NCBI GenBank assembly: GCA_963741955.1
Contig: CAVUKB010000005.1
Span: 96,001 to 160,000, forward strand
Length of the DNA: 64,000 nucleotides
Source of the DNA: an uncultured Acidobacteriota bacterium
GTDB taxonomy: Bacteria; Acidobacteriota; Thermoanaerobaculia; Gp7-AA8
Reading direction: 5' to 3'
Below are positions 27,423-37,658 of this stretch, piece after piece. The notes beneath the pieces were generated by a model, which searched no databases, had not been told where the DNA came from, and saw nothing but the letters and a program-made list of their open reading frames with translations. The first letter of the stretch is position 1; each line of letters starts with the position of its first letter. The position numbers and the translations under genes were made by a program.

Positions 27423-28354
27423 TGCCGGAACAGCGGATTCAGAAGATCATCGCAAACGCGGGCATCTCCTCGCGGCGGAAAGCCGAAGAGATGATCCGCG
27501 AAGGGCGCGTGACGGTGAACGGGCGGGTGGTGGACGAGCTCGGATCGAAAGCCGATCCCGATCGCGATCACATCAAGATCGATGGAAAGCTCGTAACGCG
27601 GACGGAATCGAAACGCTACATTCTTCTGAACAAGCCGAAGGAAGTGATGACCACGGTGGAGGATCCGCAGGGCCGGCCCACGGTGCTCGATTTCATCAAA
27701 GGGGTGAGAGAGAGAATCTATCCGGTCGGACGCCTCGACTACCACTCCGAAGGGCTGGTTCTCCTCACCAACGACGGCGAGCTGGCGTTCCAGGTCGCGC
27801 ATCCGAAACACGGATCGGTCAAGACGTATCACGTGAAAGTTCGCGGAGTACCGGCCGAACGGATGATCGAGAAACTCCAGCGCGGCATCACCATCGACGG
27901 ACGGAGAACGCTTCCTTCCGAGATCGCCCGGCTCCGGACCACCGGCAGGACGGATGACGAAGGGAACAGCTGGTTCGAGGTCCGCCTCCGGGAGGGGCGC
28001 ACCCAGCAGATCCGAAAGATGTTTCAGGCGGTCGGACATCCGGTCGCGAAGCTCAAGCGCGTAGCCATCGGGCCGATCTCCGATTCCTCACTCTCGTCCG
28101 GGAAATGGCGGGAGCTCTCCGAGCACGAAGTGAAGTTGCTCCGGAAGATCGGTGACGAACCGGCTCGTCCACGACGCCCGGCCCGCCGCAGAGCGGCCAC
28201 CGAGCCGGCGTCCGAGAAGAGAAAACGACCGGCGGCGACGAAGCGGACCACAGCCAGGAAATCGCCCGCGCGCAAATCTGCGGCCGGCACCAGCCGCACC
28301 TCCGGTCACAAATCGCGTAGCACCGGGCGGAGCGGATCGAAGCGGAAGTCATAG
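27422..28354 (+). CDS. rluB: rRNA pseudouridine synthase (RluB/RsuA family)
   Basis: S4 domain SRRKAEEMI; PVGRLD catalytic Asp; basic tail. Confidence 0.9.
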   Translation: MPEQRIQKIIANAGISSRRKAEEMIREGRVTVNGRVVDELGSKADPDRDHIKIDGKLVTRTESKRYILLNKPKEVMTTVEDPQGRPTVLDFIKGVRERIYPVGRLDYHSEGLVLLTNDGELAFQVAHPKHGSVKTYHVKVRGVPAERMIEKLQRGITIDGRRTLPSEIARLRTTGRTDDEGNSWFEVRLREGRTQQIRKMFQAVGHPVAKLKRVAIGPISDSSLSSGKWRELSEHEVKLLRKIGDEPARPRRPARRRAATEPASEKRKRPAATKRTTARKSPARKSAAGTSRTSGHKSRSTGRSGSKRKS

Positions 28355-28359
28355 CTCCG

Positions 28360-29037
28360 ATGGAAGCTCTGGTCATCGCAATCGATGGTCCCGCCGGCGT
28401 CGGGAAGACCACCACGAGCAAGAGGGTCGCTCTCGCTCTCGGCATTCCGCACATCGATACGGGAGCGATGTACCGGGCGATTGCCCTGAAGGCCCTCCGC
28501 GCCGGCGTATCGACGGGCGATGAAGTCGCACTCTCTCGTATCGCGGAACAGACTTCGATCCGATTCGTTCCCTCGCTCGATCGTCCGACCGTTCTGCTCG
28601 ACGGAGAGGATGTCTCCGAGGCCATTCGTACCCCCGAGATCAGCATGGCCGCGAGCGACGTCTCGGCGGTCCCGGCAGTCCGGCGCGAGCTCGTGCGTCT
28701 CCAGCGCGAGCTCGGCAGGCAATCAGGCGGCGTGCTCGAGGGAAGGGATATCGGCACGAAGGTATTTCCCGATACACCTCACAAGTTCTTTCTCACCGCC
28801 CGCCCCGAAGTCCGCGCCGGGAGGCGTCTGCATGATCTCGAAGAGCGCGGAATCCGGATGAGCTTCGAGCAGGTCTACGAAGAGATGAGCCGTCGCGATC
28901 AACAGGACTCCTCCCGGGCCGACTCTCCTCTCAGCTACGACGAAAGCTACACAGTGATCGACACGTCGGATCACTCCATCGATGAGGTCGTGGACCAGAT
29001 CGTTCGAAGAATCCGACAGAGCTCTCACGCTTCTTGA
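28360..29037 (+). CDS. cmk: cytidylate kinase
   Basis: IAIDGPAGVGKTT, DTGAMYR, EGRDIG. Confidence 0.97.
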   Translation: MEALVIAIDGPAGVGKTTTSKRVALALGIPHIDTGAMYRAIALKALRAGVSTGDEVALSRIAEQTSIRFVPSLDRPTVLLDGEDVSEAIRTPEISMAASDVSAVPAVRRELVRLQRELGRQSGGVLEGRDIGTKVFPDTPHKFFLTARPEVRAGRRLHDLEERGIRMSFEQVYEEMSRRDQQDSSRADSPLSYDESYTVIDTSDHSIDEVVDQIVRRIRQSSHAS

Positions 29038-29063
29038 CTTCCCTCGTGAGCGATCGCTAAACT
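29034..29063 (+). promoter_or_regulatory. sigma70-type promoter for rpsA-sppA-ihfB
   Basis: TTGACT-N18-TAAACT. Confidence 0.6.
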
Positions 29064-29077
29064 GCGTTCTGACGCGA

Positions 29078-29090
29078 AATCAATAATTTA
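29078..29090 (+). promoter_or_regulatory. IHF consensus site
   Basis: AATCAATAATTTA matches WATCAANNNNTTR exactly, just downstream of the predicted promoter. Confidence 0.5.
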
Positions 29091-29210
29091 GCGTTGTTCT
29101 CCCGTGCGTACGAACGTGCAGGGTCCGGCGGATGATCGCGTCTCGAGGGGCCGGTGTCTCGAATCTCAGTTCCGAGCACCGGACCGGAATCCCAGGAGGT
29201 GTCCTGCTGC

Positions 29211-31013
29211 ATGCCGTCCAATGACAAACCAAAGCCCCCGAATGCGAACTCACAGGGAGAGCTCGAATCCTACGGGATGGAAGAACTGCTGAAGATCTAT
29301 GACGAAAAGATCTCGGAGTTCACCGAGGGAGAGATCGTCACGGGTCGCGTTCTCCAGATCCAGCCCTCCGACGTGGTCGTCGACTTCGGATACAAATCCG
29401 AGGGGCTTCTTCCCGCCGACGAAGTTCGGGACTGGGACGGCAACCTCAAGGTCAAACCGGGCGATCAGATCGAGGTCTACATCGAGCGCCTCGACGATCC
29501 TTCCGGTTATGCGATGCTCTCCCGCCTCAAGGCGGAGAGGGTTCACGTCTGGGACCGCCTCGAAGAAGCCTTCCGCGACGAGACCCCGATCACTGGCCGG
29601 GTCATCGACCGGGTCAAGGGAGGACTGGCGGTCGACGTGGGAGTGAAAGCGTTCCTTCCAGGTTCGCTGGTCGACGTTCGTCCGGTGAAGAACCTCGAAT
29701 CGCTGAAGGGGAAAGAGCTCACGTTCAAGGTGATCTCCTGCGACCGGAAGCGGAACAACGTCGTCGTCTCACGGAAGGCGATCGTCGAGGTCGAGCAGGA
29801 AGCGAAGAAGAAGAAGACCTTCGAGCAGCTCGAGGAAGGAAAGCTGACCCACGGCGTGGTGAAGAACATCACCGATTACGGTGTGTTCGTCGACCTCGGC
29901 GGAGTGGACGGCCTTCTTCACATCACCGACATCTCCTGGGGACGCGTGAATCACCCCTCCGAGTTCTTCAATATCAGCGACGAGATCGAAGTGGTGGTGC
30001 TGAAATTCGATCCGGAGAACGAGCGCGTCTCGCTCGGCTTCAAGCAGAAGACTCCCGATCCGTGGCTGGATGTGGTCGTCCGCTACCCGATCGGTTCGAA
30101 GGTGAAGGGACGAGTCGTCTCGATCACCGACTATGGCGCGTTCGTGGAACTGGAAGAAGGCGTCGAAGGGCTGATCCACATCTCGGAGATGTCGTGGACC
30201 CGCCGGGTGCACCCTTCCAAGATCCTCACGGTGGGAGAGACCGTGGAAGCCGCAGTGGCCGACGTGAACGTCGCCAGCCGGCGCATCTCCCTCTCCCTGA
30301 AGGCTCTCGAGGCGAACCCGTGGAACACCGTCGCCGAACGGTATCCGGTCGGAACGGTGATCGAAGGAAAGGTACGCAACCTGACCGACTTCGGTGCGTT
30401 CGTCGAAGTGGAAGAGGGCATCGACGGGCTGGTTCACATTTCGGACATGTCGTGGAACCGTCGGCTGAAGCATCCGAGCGAGATGCTGAAAAAGGGCGAC
30501 GTTGTGAAGGCGCGGGTGCTGAGTGTCGATCCCGACAATCAGCGGTTGTCCCTCTCGATCAAGGACTTCATGCCGAACGAGTTCGACGACTACGTCCAGG
30601 AGCACAACGTCGGCGACGACGTGATCGGGACGGTCTCGAAGATCGCGGACTTCGGACTCTTCATCGAGATCGCAGACGGAGTGGAGGGGCTCGCGCACAT
30701 CTCGGAGATCCTCCGCGACGAACGGACCCGAATCGAGCAGATGTTCGAAGTCGGTGAACCGGTCCGCGCGCGCGTCATCAAGATCGACCCGGTGGAGCGG
30801 AAGATCGGACTCTCGCTGAGAGAACCGATGCCGCTGACATCCGAGGAGAAGGAAGAGTTCCGGCAGAAAGCTGCAGCCGCGGCGGCGGAGCAACAGAAGG
30901 AAGCCGCCGAAGGGGAGCCGCAGGAATCTGCGGCCGCACCGGAGGAGCCGGAGAGCTCCGGCGAGTCTCCCGCGCCCGAACCGCCACCGGAATCGGAACC
31001 GAAGGAAAGCTGA
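29211..31013 (+). CDS. rpsA: 30S ribosomal protein S1
   Basis: Repeated S1 domains (DYGVFVDLGGVDGLLHITDISW etc.); SD AGGAGG before ATG 29211. Confidence 0.98.
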   Translation: MPSNDKPKPPNANSQGELESYGMEELLKIYDEKISEFTEGEIVTGRVLQIQPSDVVVDFGYKSEGLLPADEVRDWDGNLKVKPGDQIEVYIERLDDPSGYAMLSRLKAERVHVWDRLEEAFRDETPITGRVIDRVKGGLAVDVGVKAFLPGSLVDVRPVKNLESLKGKELTFKVISCDRKRNNVVVSRKAIVEVEQEAKKKKTFEQLEEGKLTHGVVKNITDYGVFVDLGGVDGLLHITDISWGRVNHPSEFFNISDEIEVVVLKFDPENERVSLGFKQKTPDPWLDVVVRYPIGSKVKGRVVSITDYGAFVELEEGVEGLIHISEMSWTRRVHPSKILTVGETVEAAVADVNVASRRISLSLKALEANPWNTVAERYPVGTVIEGKVRNLTDFGAFVEVEEGIDGLVHISDMSWNRRLKHPSEMLKKGDVVKARVLSVDPDNQRLSLSIKDFMPNEFDDYVQEHNVGDDVIGTVSKIADFGLFIEIADGVEGLAHISEILRDERTRIEQMFEVGEPVRARVIKIDPVERKIGLSLREPMPLTSEEKEEFRQKAAAAAAEQQKEAAEGEPQESAAAPEEPESSGESPAPEPPPESEPKES

Positions 31014-31015
31014 GC

Positions 31016-32008
31016 ATGAGCGGCTTCGACGAGCTCCCTCCGCAGCAGCCGCTGCAGCACGACGCTCCGACCCCGCCGGCCGCCGCGGCCCCCCCTCCAG
31101 CACCGACGCCGCCACGGCGGCGCTCGGGATGGCTGCTCGGATTTCTCGGCGGATGTTTCGTCTTCTTCGGCCTCGCGGTGGTGGTCGTGGTCATCGCTGC
31201 GATCGCATCCGGAGATTCCGACCGGTGGTCGGCTGGAGAGAAGGTCGGCGTGCTCGCGATCGACGGCGAGATCGTCGAGTCCCGGGAGATCATCGACCGG
31301 CTCCATGACTATCGCGACAATCACGCGGTGAAAGCGATCGTGGTCCGGATCGACAGTCCCGGAGGAGCGATTGCGCCCTCCCAGGAGATCTTCGAAGAGA
31401 TTCGAAAGGTCCGGTCCGAGACGGGCAAGCCGGTCATCGCCTCGATCGACAACGTCGGAGCATCCGGCGGGTACTACATCGCGGCAGGGTGCGATTCGAT
31501 CATGGCCAATCCCGGCTCGATCACCGGCTCGATCGGAGTCATCGCCCAGTGGCTCAACTACGGCGATCTGCTGCAATGGGCGAAACTCAAGCCCGAGACG
31601 ATCACCAGCGGAAAGCTCAAGGATGCGGGCTCGCCATACCGTGCGATCTCGGAGGATGAGAAGGAGTATTTCCGGCACATTGTCTCGCAGCTCCACGAGC
31701 AGTTCGTCAACGCGGTGACCGAGGGCCGGCGAGGCAAACTGACCAGGGAGCAGGTCGTTGCGCTCGCGGATGGCCGCGCGTTCACGGGCGAGGAAGCCAG
31801 AAAGCTCCACCTCATCGACGAGCTGGGAAACCTCCAGGACGCAATCGGTCTGGCGGCGAAGAAGGCCGGTATCAAAAAACACCCCGGCGTGATCTATCCC
31901 CGCAGAAATGAAGGTGGGTTGCTCGAAATGATCCTCGGAGAGCGGCTTCCAGGCGCACTCCAGACCCTCGCCGGACGGCATGACGCCCCCTTTCTCTATC
32001 GCTGGTAA
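31016..32008 (+). CDS. sppA: signal peptide peptidase SppA (36K type)
   Basis: RIDSPGG, GASGGYY, GSIGV. Confidence 0.95.
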   Translation: MSGFDELPPQQPLQHDAPTPPAAAAPPPAPTPPRRRSGWLLGFLGGCFVFFGLAVVVVVIAAIASGDSDRWSAGEKVGVLAIDGEIVESREIIDRLHDYRDNHAVKAIVVRIDSPGGAIAPSQEIFEEIRKVRSETGKPVIASIDNVGASGGYYIAAGCDSIMANPGSITGSIGVIAQWLNYGDLLQWAKLKPETITSGKLKDAGSPYRAISEDEKEYFRHIVSQLHEQFVNAVTEGRRGKLTREQVVALADGRAFTGEEARKLHLIDELGNLQDAIGLAAKKAGIKKHPGVIYPRRNEGGLLEMILGERLPGALQTLAGRHDAPFLYRW

Positions 32009-32029
32009 AGTGCACCCAGGAGGAATGCG

Positions 32030-32410
32030 TTGAATCGCGAACAGGATGCCGGATCGAACGGTGACAGCAAACCGGAAGTGATGACGAAGGCGGAGCTCGT
32101 CGACGAGGTCGCCCGCACCGTTCAAGTCACCAAGAAACAGGCTGAGACGATCGTCAACGTCGTCTTCGACTCGATCGTCGACTCTCTTCGCGGTGGCGAG
32201 AAGATCGAGCTCCGCGGATTCGGCAGCTTCCGTCTGAGGAACCGTAAGTCGCGGACCGGAAGAAATCCGAAGACGGGCGAGCGAGTCGACGTTCCCTCGA
32301 AGAAGATTCCCTACTTCAAGCCCGGCAAGGAGCTCAAGGAGCTGATCAACGGCTCCCGCGGAGAGGACCGTCCGGACACGGATTCCGATTCCGCCGAGGC
32401 GCGGTCGTAG
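32030..32410 (+). CDS. ihfB: integration host factor subunit beta / HU family
   Basis: MTKAEL...IELRGFGSF...GRNPKTGE...FKPGKELKE; canonical position after rpsA. Confidence 0.9.
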   Translation: MNREQDAGSNGDSKPEVMTKAELVDEVARTVQVTKKQAETIVNVVFDSIVDSLRGGEKIELRGFGSFRLRNRKSRTGRNPKTGERVDVPSKKIPYFKPGKELKELINGSRGEDRPDTDSDSAEARS

Positions 32411-32418
32411 GAAGTCTC

Positions 32419-32931
32419 GTGGAGGTTCTGTTCACCCCCTGGAGGTACCCGTACTTGACTGCACCCAAAGGCCCCACGGAGTGCATTTTCTGCGTTGCCG
32501 CGGTGTCGAAGAAGCCATCCGAAACTCTGACCCTTTTCCGTGCGCCCCAGGCTCTGGTGATGCTGAACCGGTATCCCTACACCAACGGGCATCTCATGAT
32601 CGCGCCGGTGCGCCACGTCGCCCAGCTGTACGAGACCGACGGCGAAGTCCTTTTCTCGCTGATCCGTCTCACCGCCGAATGCCAGAGGATTCTCTCTGAC
32701 GTCTACCATCCGGATGGATTCAACATCGGAATGAATCTCGGGGCAGCGGCGGGCGCCGGAGTCGCTGATCACTACCACATCCACGTCGTCCCCCGGTGGG
32801 GAGGGGACACGAACTTCATGTCCGTCACGTCGGAGACGCGCGTGGTTCCCGAGGATCTCGGAATCACGCTGAAACGGCTGCAGCCGAAATTTCGGAACCT
32901 CTCCCGCGCTTTGCGGAGGGAGCATGAGTAG
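32419..32931 (+). CDS. HIT family hydrolase (Ap4A phosphorylase-like)
   Basis: PWR, CIFC, LNRYPY, HYHIHVVPRW. Confidence 0.9.
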   Translation: MEVLFTPWRYPYLTAPKGPTECIFCVAAVSKKPSETLTLFRAPQALVMLNRYPYTNGHLMIAPVRHVAQLYETDGEVLFSLIRLTAECQRILSDVYHPDGFNIGMNLGAAAGAGVADHYHIHVVPRWGGDTNFMSVTSETRVVPEDLGITLKRLQPKFRNLSRALRREHE

Positions 32932-33289
32932 ACGCACCGTCAACGCCATGATTCTAGCGCTCCTCTTTCCGGGAGCCGGTCACTTCTACCTGGGAAAGCG
33001 GAGCCGGGCAGCGATCTTCTGTGTGGTGATCCTCTTCCTGTTCATCTCCGGACTGGCCCTCGACGGGAAGCTCTACGTCCCGCTTCCGGGCCAGCCGCTC
33101 ACGTTCCTCGCCACTCTGGGGTCCATGGGTGTCGGGGTTCCCTACCTGATCGGAAGGCTGATCGGCGGACTCGGAGACTACACTTCGTTCACCTTCGAGT
33201 ACGGTACTGCGTTCACTCTGACTGCGGGTCTGATGAACCTTCTTCTGGTACTCGATTCGTTCGACATCGGGGAGAAACGCAAGGAATGA
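32924..33289 (+). CDS. hypothetical membrane protein (DUF6677-like)
   Basis: FPGAGHFYLG, EYGTAF...AGLMNLL; several TM segments; operonic overlap. Confidence 0.75.
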   Translation: MSRRTVNAMILALLFPGAGHFYLGKRSRAAIFCVVILFLFISGLALDGKLYVPLPGQPLTFLATLGSMGVGVPYLIGRLIGGLGDYTSFTFEYGTAFTLTAGLMNLLLVLDSFDIGEKRKE

Positions 33290-33471
33290 GCTTCTTCCGA
33301 AGTCACATCGTCCTGATGTTCGCGTACGCAGTCGCCACCGCGACGTTCTTCACGTTTCTCTGGAAAACGGAGAAGAAGGCGCGAATCCTCTTTTTCCTCG
33401 AAGTGTTCTGTGCGCTCTTCTTCGGCGGAATCATTCTGGCCTGGCTGATGTATCCATTCCCGATTCGTTGA
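33286..33471 (+). CDS. small two-TM membrane protein
   Basis: ATGA overlap with upstream gene; two hydrophobic helices ending WLMYPFP. Confidence 0.75.
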   Translation: MSFFRSHIVLMFAYAVATATFFTFLWKTEKKARILFFLEVFCALFFGGIILAWLMYPFPIR

Positions 33472-33508
33472 AGACGCAGCGGCCGGCGGCAGGCAACGGA
33501 AATCCACA

Positions 33509-33928
33509 ATGATCTCAGAACTGGCACTCCGTCCATTTCGAGGACGGCTGACGACGTATGCAATCGAGCCGTGGGTCCGTGCAATCCCGGCCACGCTGTA
33601 CCTCGGCCTGATCTATTTCGTTTCCGCGACTCCCGGACCGGATCTGCCGAACGTGGTCGACGACCGCGTCGCTCATTTCACGGAGTACTCGATTCTCGGT
33701 GTTCTGTTGCTCCTGTTCGCGACGGCATTTTCCATTCGTGGGTCACACTTCCCGCGATTCGCTGCAGTCTGGCTCTTTGCCCTCGCGTGGGCGGTCAGTG
33801 ACGAATTTCATCAGAGTTTCGTCCCCGGTCGCGACGTGGAAGTGAAAGACGTGGTTTTCGACATGCTGGGGTTGAGCTTTGCGCTCGTCGTGCTGTGGCT
33901 TCTTCTGCGACGGAGGAGTGATTCGTGA
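33509..33928 (+). CDS. VanZ family protein
   Basis: DRVAHFTEY, DEFHQSFVPGR motifs. Confidence 0.88.
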   Translation: MISELALRPFRGRLTTYAIEPWVRAIPATLYLGLIYFVSATPGPDLPNVVDDRVAHFTEYSILGVLLLLFATAFSIRGSHFPRFAAVWLFALAWAVSDEFHQSFVPGRDVEVKDVVFDMLGLSFALVVLWLLLRRRSDS

Positions 33929-35067
33929 AGCTCGCGATCGTGGCCGGCGAGGCATCGGGCGATCTTCACGCCTCCGAGGTGGTGCGGGAGCTGCGGGCTC
34001 TCGATCCGTCTCTCACCGCATTCGGCATCGGTGGGGGAGGTCTGCGCCGGGAAGGAGTGGAGATCCTCCACGACATTCAGGAACTGGGGATCGTAGGGCT
34101 GTTCAACGTGATCCGGCATCTCCCGATGTTCCGGAGAATCTTCCGCGAGATCGTCGAAAGGATCGAGCGGGAGCGACCGGACGCGCTGCTCCTCATCGAT
34201 TACCCGGATTTCAATCTCCGACTGGCGCGGCGGATGAAGGCACTCGGGATTCCCGTGGTCTATTACATCTCGCCCCAGATCTGGGCATGGAGGAAGGGGA
34301 GAGTTCGTGAGATCGTTCGGAACGTCGAGCGGATGCTGGTGATCCTTCCGTTCGAGGAAGAGTTGTATCGGGGACACGGTCTCGACGTTACGTACGTCGG
34401 TCATCCGCTGGTCGAACAGCTCGAGGGAGTGAAGCGTCATGGCGAGTACGATCCCGCTCGGGTGCGGATTGCGCTGATGCCGGGATCACGGCGGATGGAG
34501 GTGGACAACCTTCTTCCCGCGATGGCCGGAGCGGTCGCCATTCTTCGCAGAAGACGCCACATCGACGCGTACGTGATCAAGGCCGATACCATCGAACGCG
34601 AACGAATCGAGATGCTTCTTCCCCCCGGGAGCGACATCGGAATCGTGGAGTCGAACGGCCGACAGGCTCTCGCGGACTCCGACCTCACCCTCGCGTCGTC
34701 GGGGACGGCGACGCTCGAGTCCGCGATTCTGGGCGTACCCGCGGTGGTGATGTACAGACTCTCGCCGCTGACATACAGGCTGGCTCGGCGCCTGGTTCGC
34801 CTCCCGCACTTCAGCCTGGTCAATATCGTTGCGGGGAAGGAAGTGCTGCCGGAACTGTTGCAGGATCAGGTGAACGCCGAAGGCGTGGCCGCTGCAGCGG
34901 AGCGACTGCTGGATCCGGAAGGCCACGAGCGGATGCGCGCCGAGCTCGCGGAGGTGCGGCGGCGACTCGGTGATCCGGGCGCGAGCCGCCGCGCGGCGGA
35001 AAGAATCTATACTCTGGTTGCGGCGCCGCGGGCGGGCGGGGTCGATCCCGGGGTACGGACGGCATGA
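33925..35067 (+). CDS. lpxB: lipid-A-disaccharide synthase
   Basis: AGEASGD, IDYPDFN, PQIWAWR, VGHPL, PGSR, SGTATLE. Confidence 0.98.
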   Translation: MKLAIVAGEASGDLHASEVVRELRALDPSLTAFGIGGGGLRREGVEILHDIQELGIVGLFNVIRHLPMFRRIFREIVERIERERPDALLLIDYPDFNLRLARRMKALGIPVVYYISPQIWAWRKGRVREIVRNVERMLVILPFEEELYRGHGLDVTYVGHPLVEQLEGVKRHGEYDPARVRIALMPGSRRMEVDNLLPAMAGAVAILRRRRHIDAYVIKADTIERERIEMLLPPGSDIGIVESNGRQALADSDLTLASSGTATLESAILGVPAVVMYRLSPLTYRLARRLVRLPHFSLVNIVAGKEVLPELLQDQVNAEGVAAAAERLLDPEGHERMRAELAEVRRRLGDPGASRRAAERIYTLVAAPRAGGVDPGVRTA

Positions 35068-36965
35068 AAATCCTCAAGAGACTCTACGGCTATCTTCGTC
35101 CGTACCGGACGTGGTCCATCATCGCGCTCGCCAGCATGATGCTCGTGGCTGCGTCCACCGGAGCGCTGATCACGCTCGTCCGGCCGTTGTTCGACGACGT
35201 CCTGAGCCGCGGAGGACAGCAGATCCACCAGACCGCGAACGATCAGCGGAAATCCGCCATGATCAACATCGTGCTCCGACGGGATCTCCCGCCAGGGCAG
35301 CGCGGTCCGATCATCAACCGGATCGACCGGATTCAGAACAGCTGGAGCCAGTGGTGGAAAGCCCATCAGCACGATCGCTGGAAGTACATCCTCGCGATCC
35401 TGATGGTCGTCTTCGTCGTCCGCGCGATCACGTCGTTCTTTTCGGAGTACGCATTTCAGAAGGTCGGACTCTCGACGGTGCGCGACCTGCGCGACCTCCT
35501 CTACGATTCGATCATCCACCAGAGCAATCGTTTTTTCGCGAAACGCTCGACCGGCGAGCTGGTGAGCCGCATCGTCTCGGATGTCGAAGCGATTCAGGCC
35601 GCTGTCTCGATCCGGGTCGGTGACCTCTTTCAGGAGACTGCCAACCTGTTCGTCATCGCAATCGTGGTCCTGGTCACCAACGCAGAGCTGGCGATCTTCA
35701 CTTTCGTTCTCGGACCGATGATCGCGTTTCCGGTGGTCCAGTTCGGGAAGCGCCTTCGTCGCGCCACGCGCAAATCGCAGGAAAGGATGGCCGACATCGC
35801 CACCATCCTCGAGGAGACCATCAAGGGCGTGCGCATCGTGAAAGCCTTCGCGATGGAGCGATTCGAGGTCAAACGATTCCGGGAAGCGACCAGCCAGCAC
35901 CTGTCGATCAATCTCAAAGCGCAGAAGATCCAGGCCATGACTTCTCCGGTGATGGAGCTATTCGCCGGCGTATGCATGGTGGTCCTCTTCGGTTTCGCCG
36001 CGCTCCGGATCCGTTCGGGAGCCCTCACGCTCGGCCAGTTCATGAGTTTTCTCCTCGCTTTGGCTGCGATGTACGCACCGATCAAGCGCCTGAGCAAAGT
36101 GAACCTCGCGATGAATACCGCGCTCTCCGCTGCCGAGCGTGTGTTCAGCGTCCTCGACACTCGAAACGAAGTGACCGAGAAGCCGGACGCTGTCGTGATC
36201 GAGTCGATCGGTGAAGGCGTCAGCTACGAAGAGGTCGAGTTCTCGTACGATCCGGGAGAGCCGATTCTCCGGGGGGTCAACTTCGCCATCCATCCCGGTG
36301 AAGTGCTTGCGATCGTCGGTGGCAGCGGTGCCGGAAAGTCGACTCTGGTCAACCTCCTCCCACGGTTCTACGACGTGAGCGGCGGGCGGGTCACCATCGA
36401 CGGTCACGACATTCGCGATCTCTCGTTCTCGTCTCTGCGCGGCCTGATCGGCTACGTCACGCAGGAAGTGATCCTGTTCAACGATTCGGTGCGGAACAAC
36501 ATCGCCTACGGCCGGTCCGACCTCCCGCACGAGCGAATCGAGGCCGCCGCCCGTGCCGCCCATGCGGCGGAGTTCATCGAAAACCTCCCCGAGGGGTACG
36601 ACACGATTGTCGGCGAATCGGGCGTACGGCTCTCGGGAGGACAGCGTCAGCGTCTGGCGATCGCGCGGGCGCTGCTCAAGAACCCTCCGATCCTCATCCT
36701 CGACGAGGCGACGTCGGCACTCGACACGGAATCCGAACAGCTCGTCCAGGAAGCCCTGACCAAGCTGATGGAAGGACGGACCACTCTGGTCATCGCCCAC
36801 CGGCTCTCCACCGTCCGTCGTGCGGACCACATCATCGTGCTGGACGAAGGTCTCGTCGCCGAAGAGGGAACCCATGACGAGCTGCTCGAACGCCGGGGCA
36901 TCTACCACCGCCTCTACCAGATGCAGTTCTTCGACGAGGAGAAGGTGCGCGAGGCCTTTGCGTGA
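35064..36965 (+). CDS. msbA: lipid A export ABC transporter MsbA-like
   Basis: TM domain plus GGSGAGKS, LSGGQRQR, LDEATS; adjacent to lpxB. Confidence 0.9.
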   Translation: MKILKRLYGYLRPYRTWSIIALASMMLVAASTGALITLVRPLFDDVLSRGGQQIHQTANDQRKSAMINIVLRRDLPPGQRGPIINRIDRIQNSWSQWWKAHQHDRWKYILAILMVVFVVRAITSFFSEYAFQKVGLSTVRDLRDLLYDSIIHQSNRFFAKRSTGELVSRIVSDVEAIQAAVSIRVGDLFQETANLFVIAIVVLVTNAELAIFTFVLGPMIAFPVVQFGKRLRRATRKSQERMADIATILEETIKGVRIVKAFAMERFEVKRFREATSQHLSINLKAQKIQAMTSPVMELFAGVCMVVLFGFAALRIRSGALTLGQFMSFLLALAAMYAPIKRLSKVNLAMNTALSAAERVFSVLDTRNEVTEKPDAVVIESIGEGVSYEEVEFSYDPGEPILRGVNFAIHPGEVLAIVGGSGAGKSTLVNLLPRFYDVSGGRVTIDGHDIRDLSFSSLRGLIGYVTQEVILFNDSVRNNIAYGRSDLPHERIEAAARAAHAAEFIENLPEGYDTIVGESGVRLSGGQRQRLAIARALLKNPPILILDEATSALDTESEQLVQEALTKLMEGRTTLVIAHRLSTVRRADHIIVLDEGLVAEEGTHDELLERRGIYHRLYQMQFFDEEKVREAFA

Positions 36966-37642
36966 AAAAGAAGTTCGACGCCGGCCTGATTCTCATCCCG
37001 CGCCTCGCGTCACTCTTCATCCGCGCAGTCCATCTCGTTCTTCGCGTCCGTCATCTCGACGCCGGACACATCGAGGAGTTGAACCGGGCCGGGAAGAGGT
37101 ACATCGTCTCCTTCTGGCACGGCCACATTCTTCTGATCGTGTACTGTCGCTACGTGAGGCCGATGAGGGCGTTGATCTCGCAGCATCGGGACGGTGAACT
37201 GATCGCGCGGACCATGGGACGGTTCGGCGTCGATTCTTCGCGTGGATCGTCCACCCGGCGGGGAGCCGGAGCGCTTCGGGAGATGATCTCACTGGCCACC
37301 TCGGGAACGAACCTCGCGTTCACCCCTGACGGACCGCGCGGTCCCCGACGTGTCGTGCAGAAGGGAGTCCTCCTCGCGTCGCAGGCCGGGGGCATTCCGA
37401 TCGTTCCGGTGATCGTCGTTTCGGAGAAGAAGATCCAGTTGAGATCCTGGGACCGGTTCGAAATTCCCAAGCCGCTGAGCCGCGTCCTGTTCGTATACGG
37501 CGCGCCGATCGAAATCCCGCGACGGCTGTCGCCGGACGAATTCGAGGCGGCCCGGCTGAACCTGGAGCGCGTGATGAACGCACTCGCCGACGATACGGAG
37601 AAGAATTTCGAGTCGTGCTGGAAGGCTGCGGAAAGCCGGTGA
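36962..37642 (+). CDS. DUF374 / lysophospholipid acyltransferase family protein
   Basis: FWHG, SQHRDGE, RGSS, TPDGPRGP, SWDRFEIPKP. Confidence 0.88.
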   Translation: MKKKFDAGLILIPRLASLFIRAVHLVLRVRHLDAGHIEELNRAGKRYIVSFWHGHILLIVYCRYVRPMRALISQHRDGELIARTMGRFGVDSSRGSSTRRGAGALREMISLATSGTNLAFTPDGPRGPRRVVQKGVLLASQAGGIPIVPVIVVSEKKIQLRSWDRFEIPKPLSRVLFVYGAPIEIPRRLSPDEFEAARLNLERVMNALADDTEKNFESCWKAAESR

Positions 37643-37658
37643 TCGGGGGGATGGGCGC

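Noticed and set aside
27825-27840. parS-like CGTATCACGTGAAAGT
   Set aside because: Several mismatches to TGTTTCACGTGAAACA and explained by rluB codons (TYHVKV).
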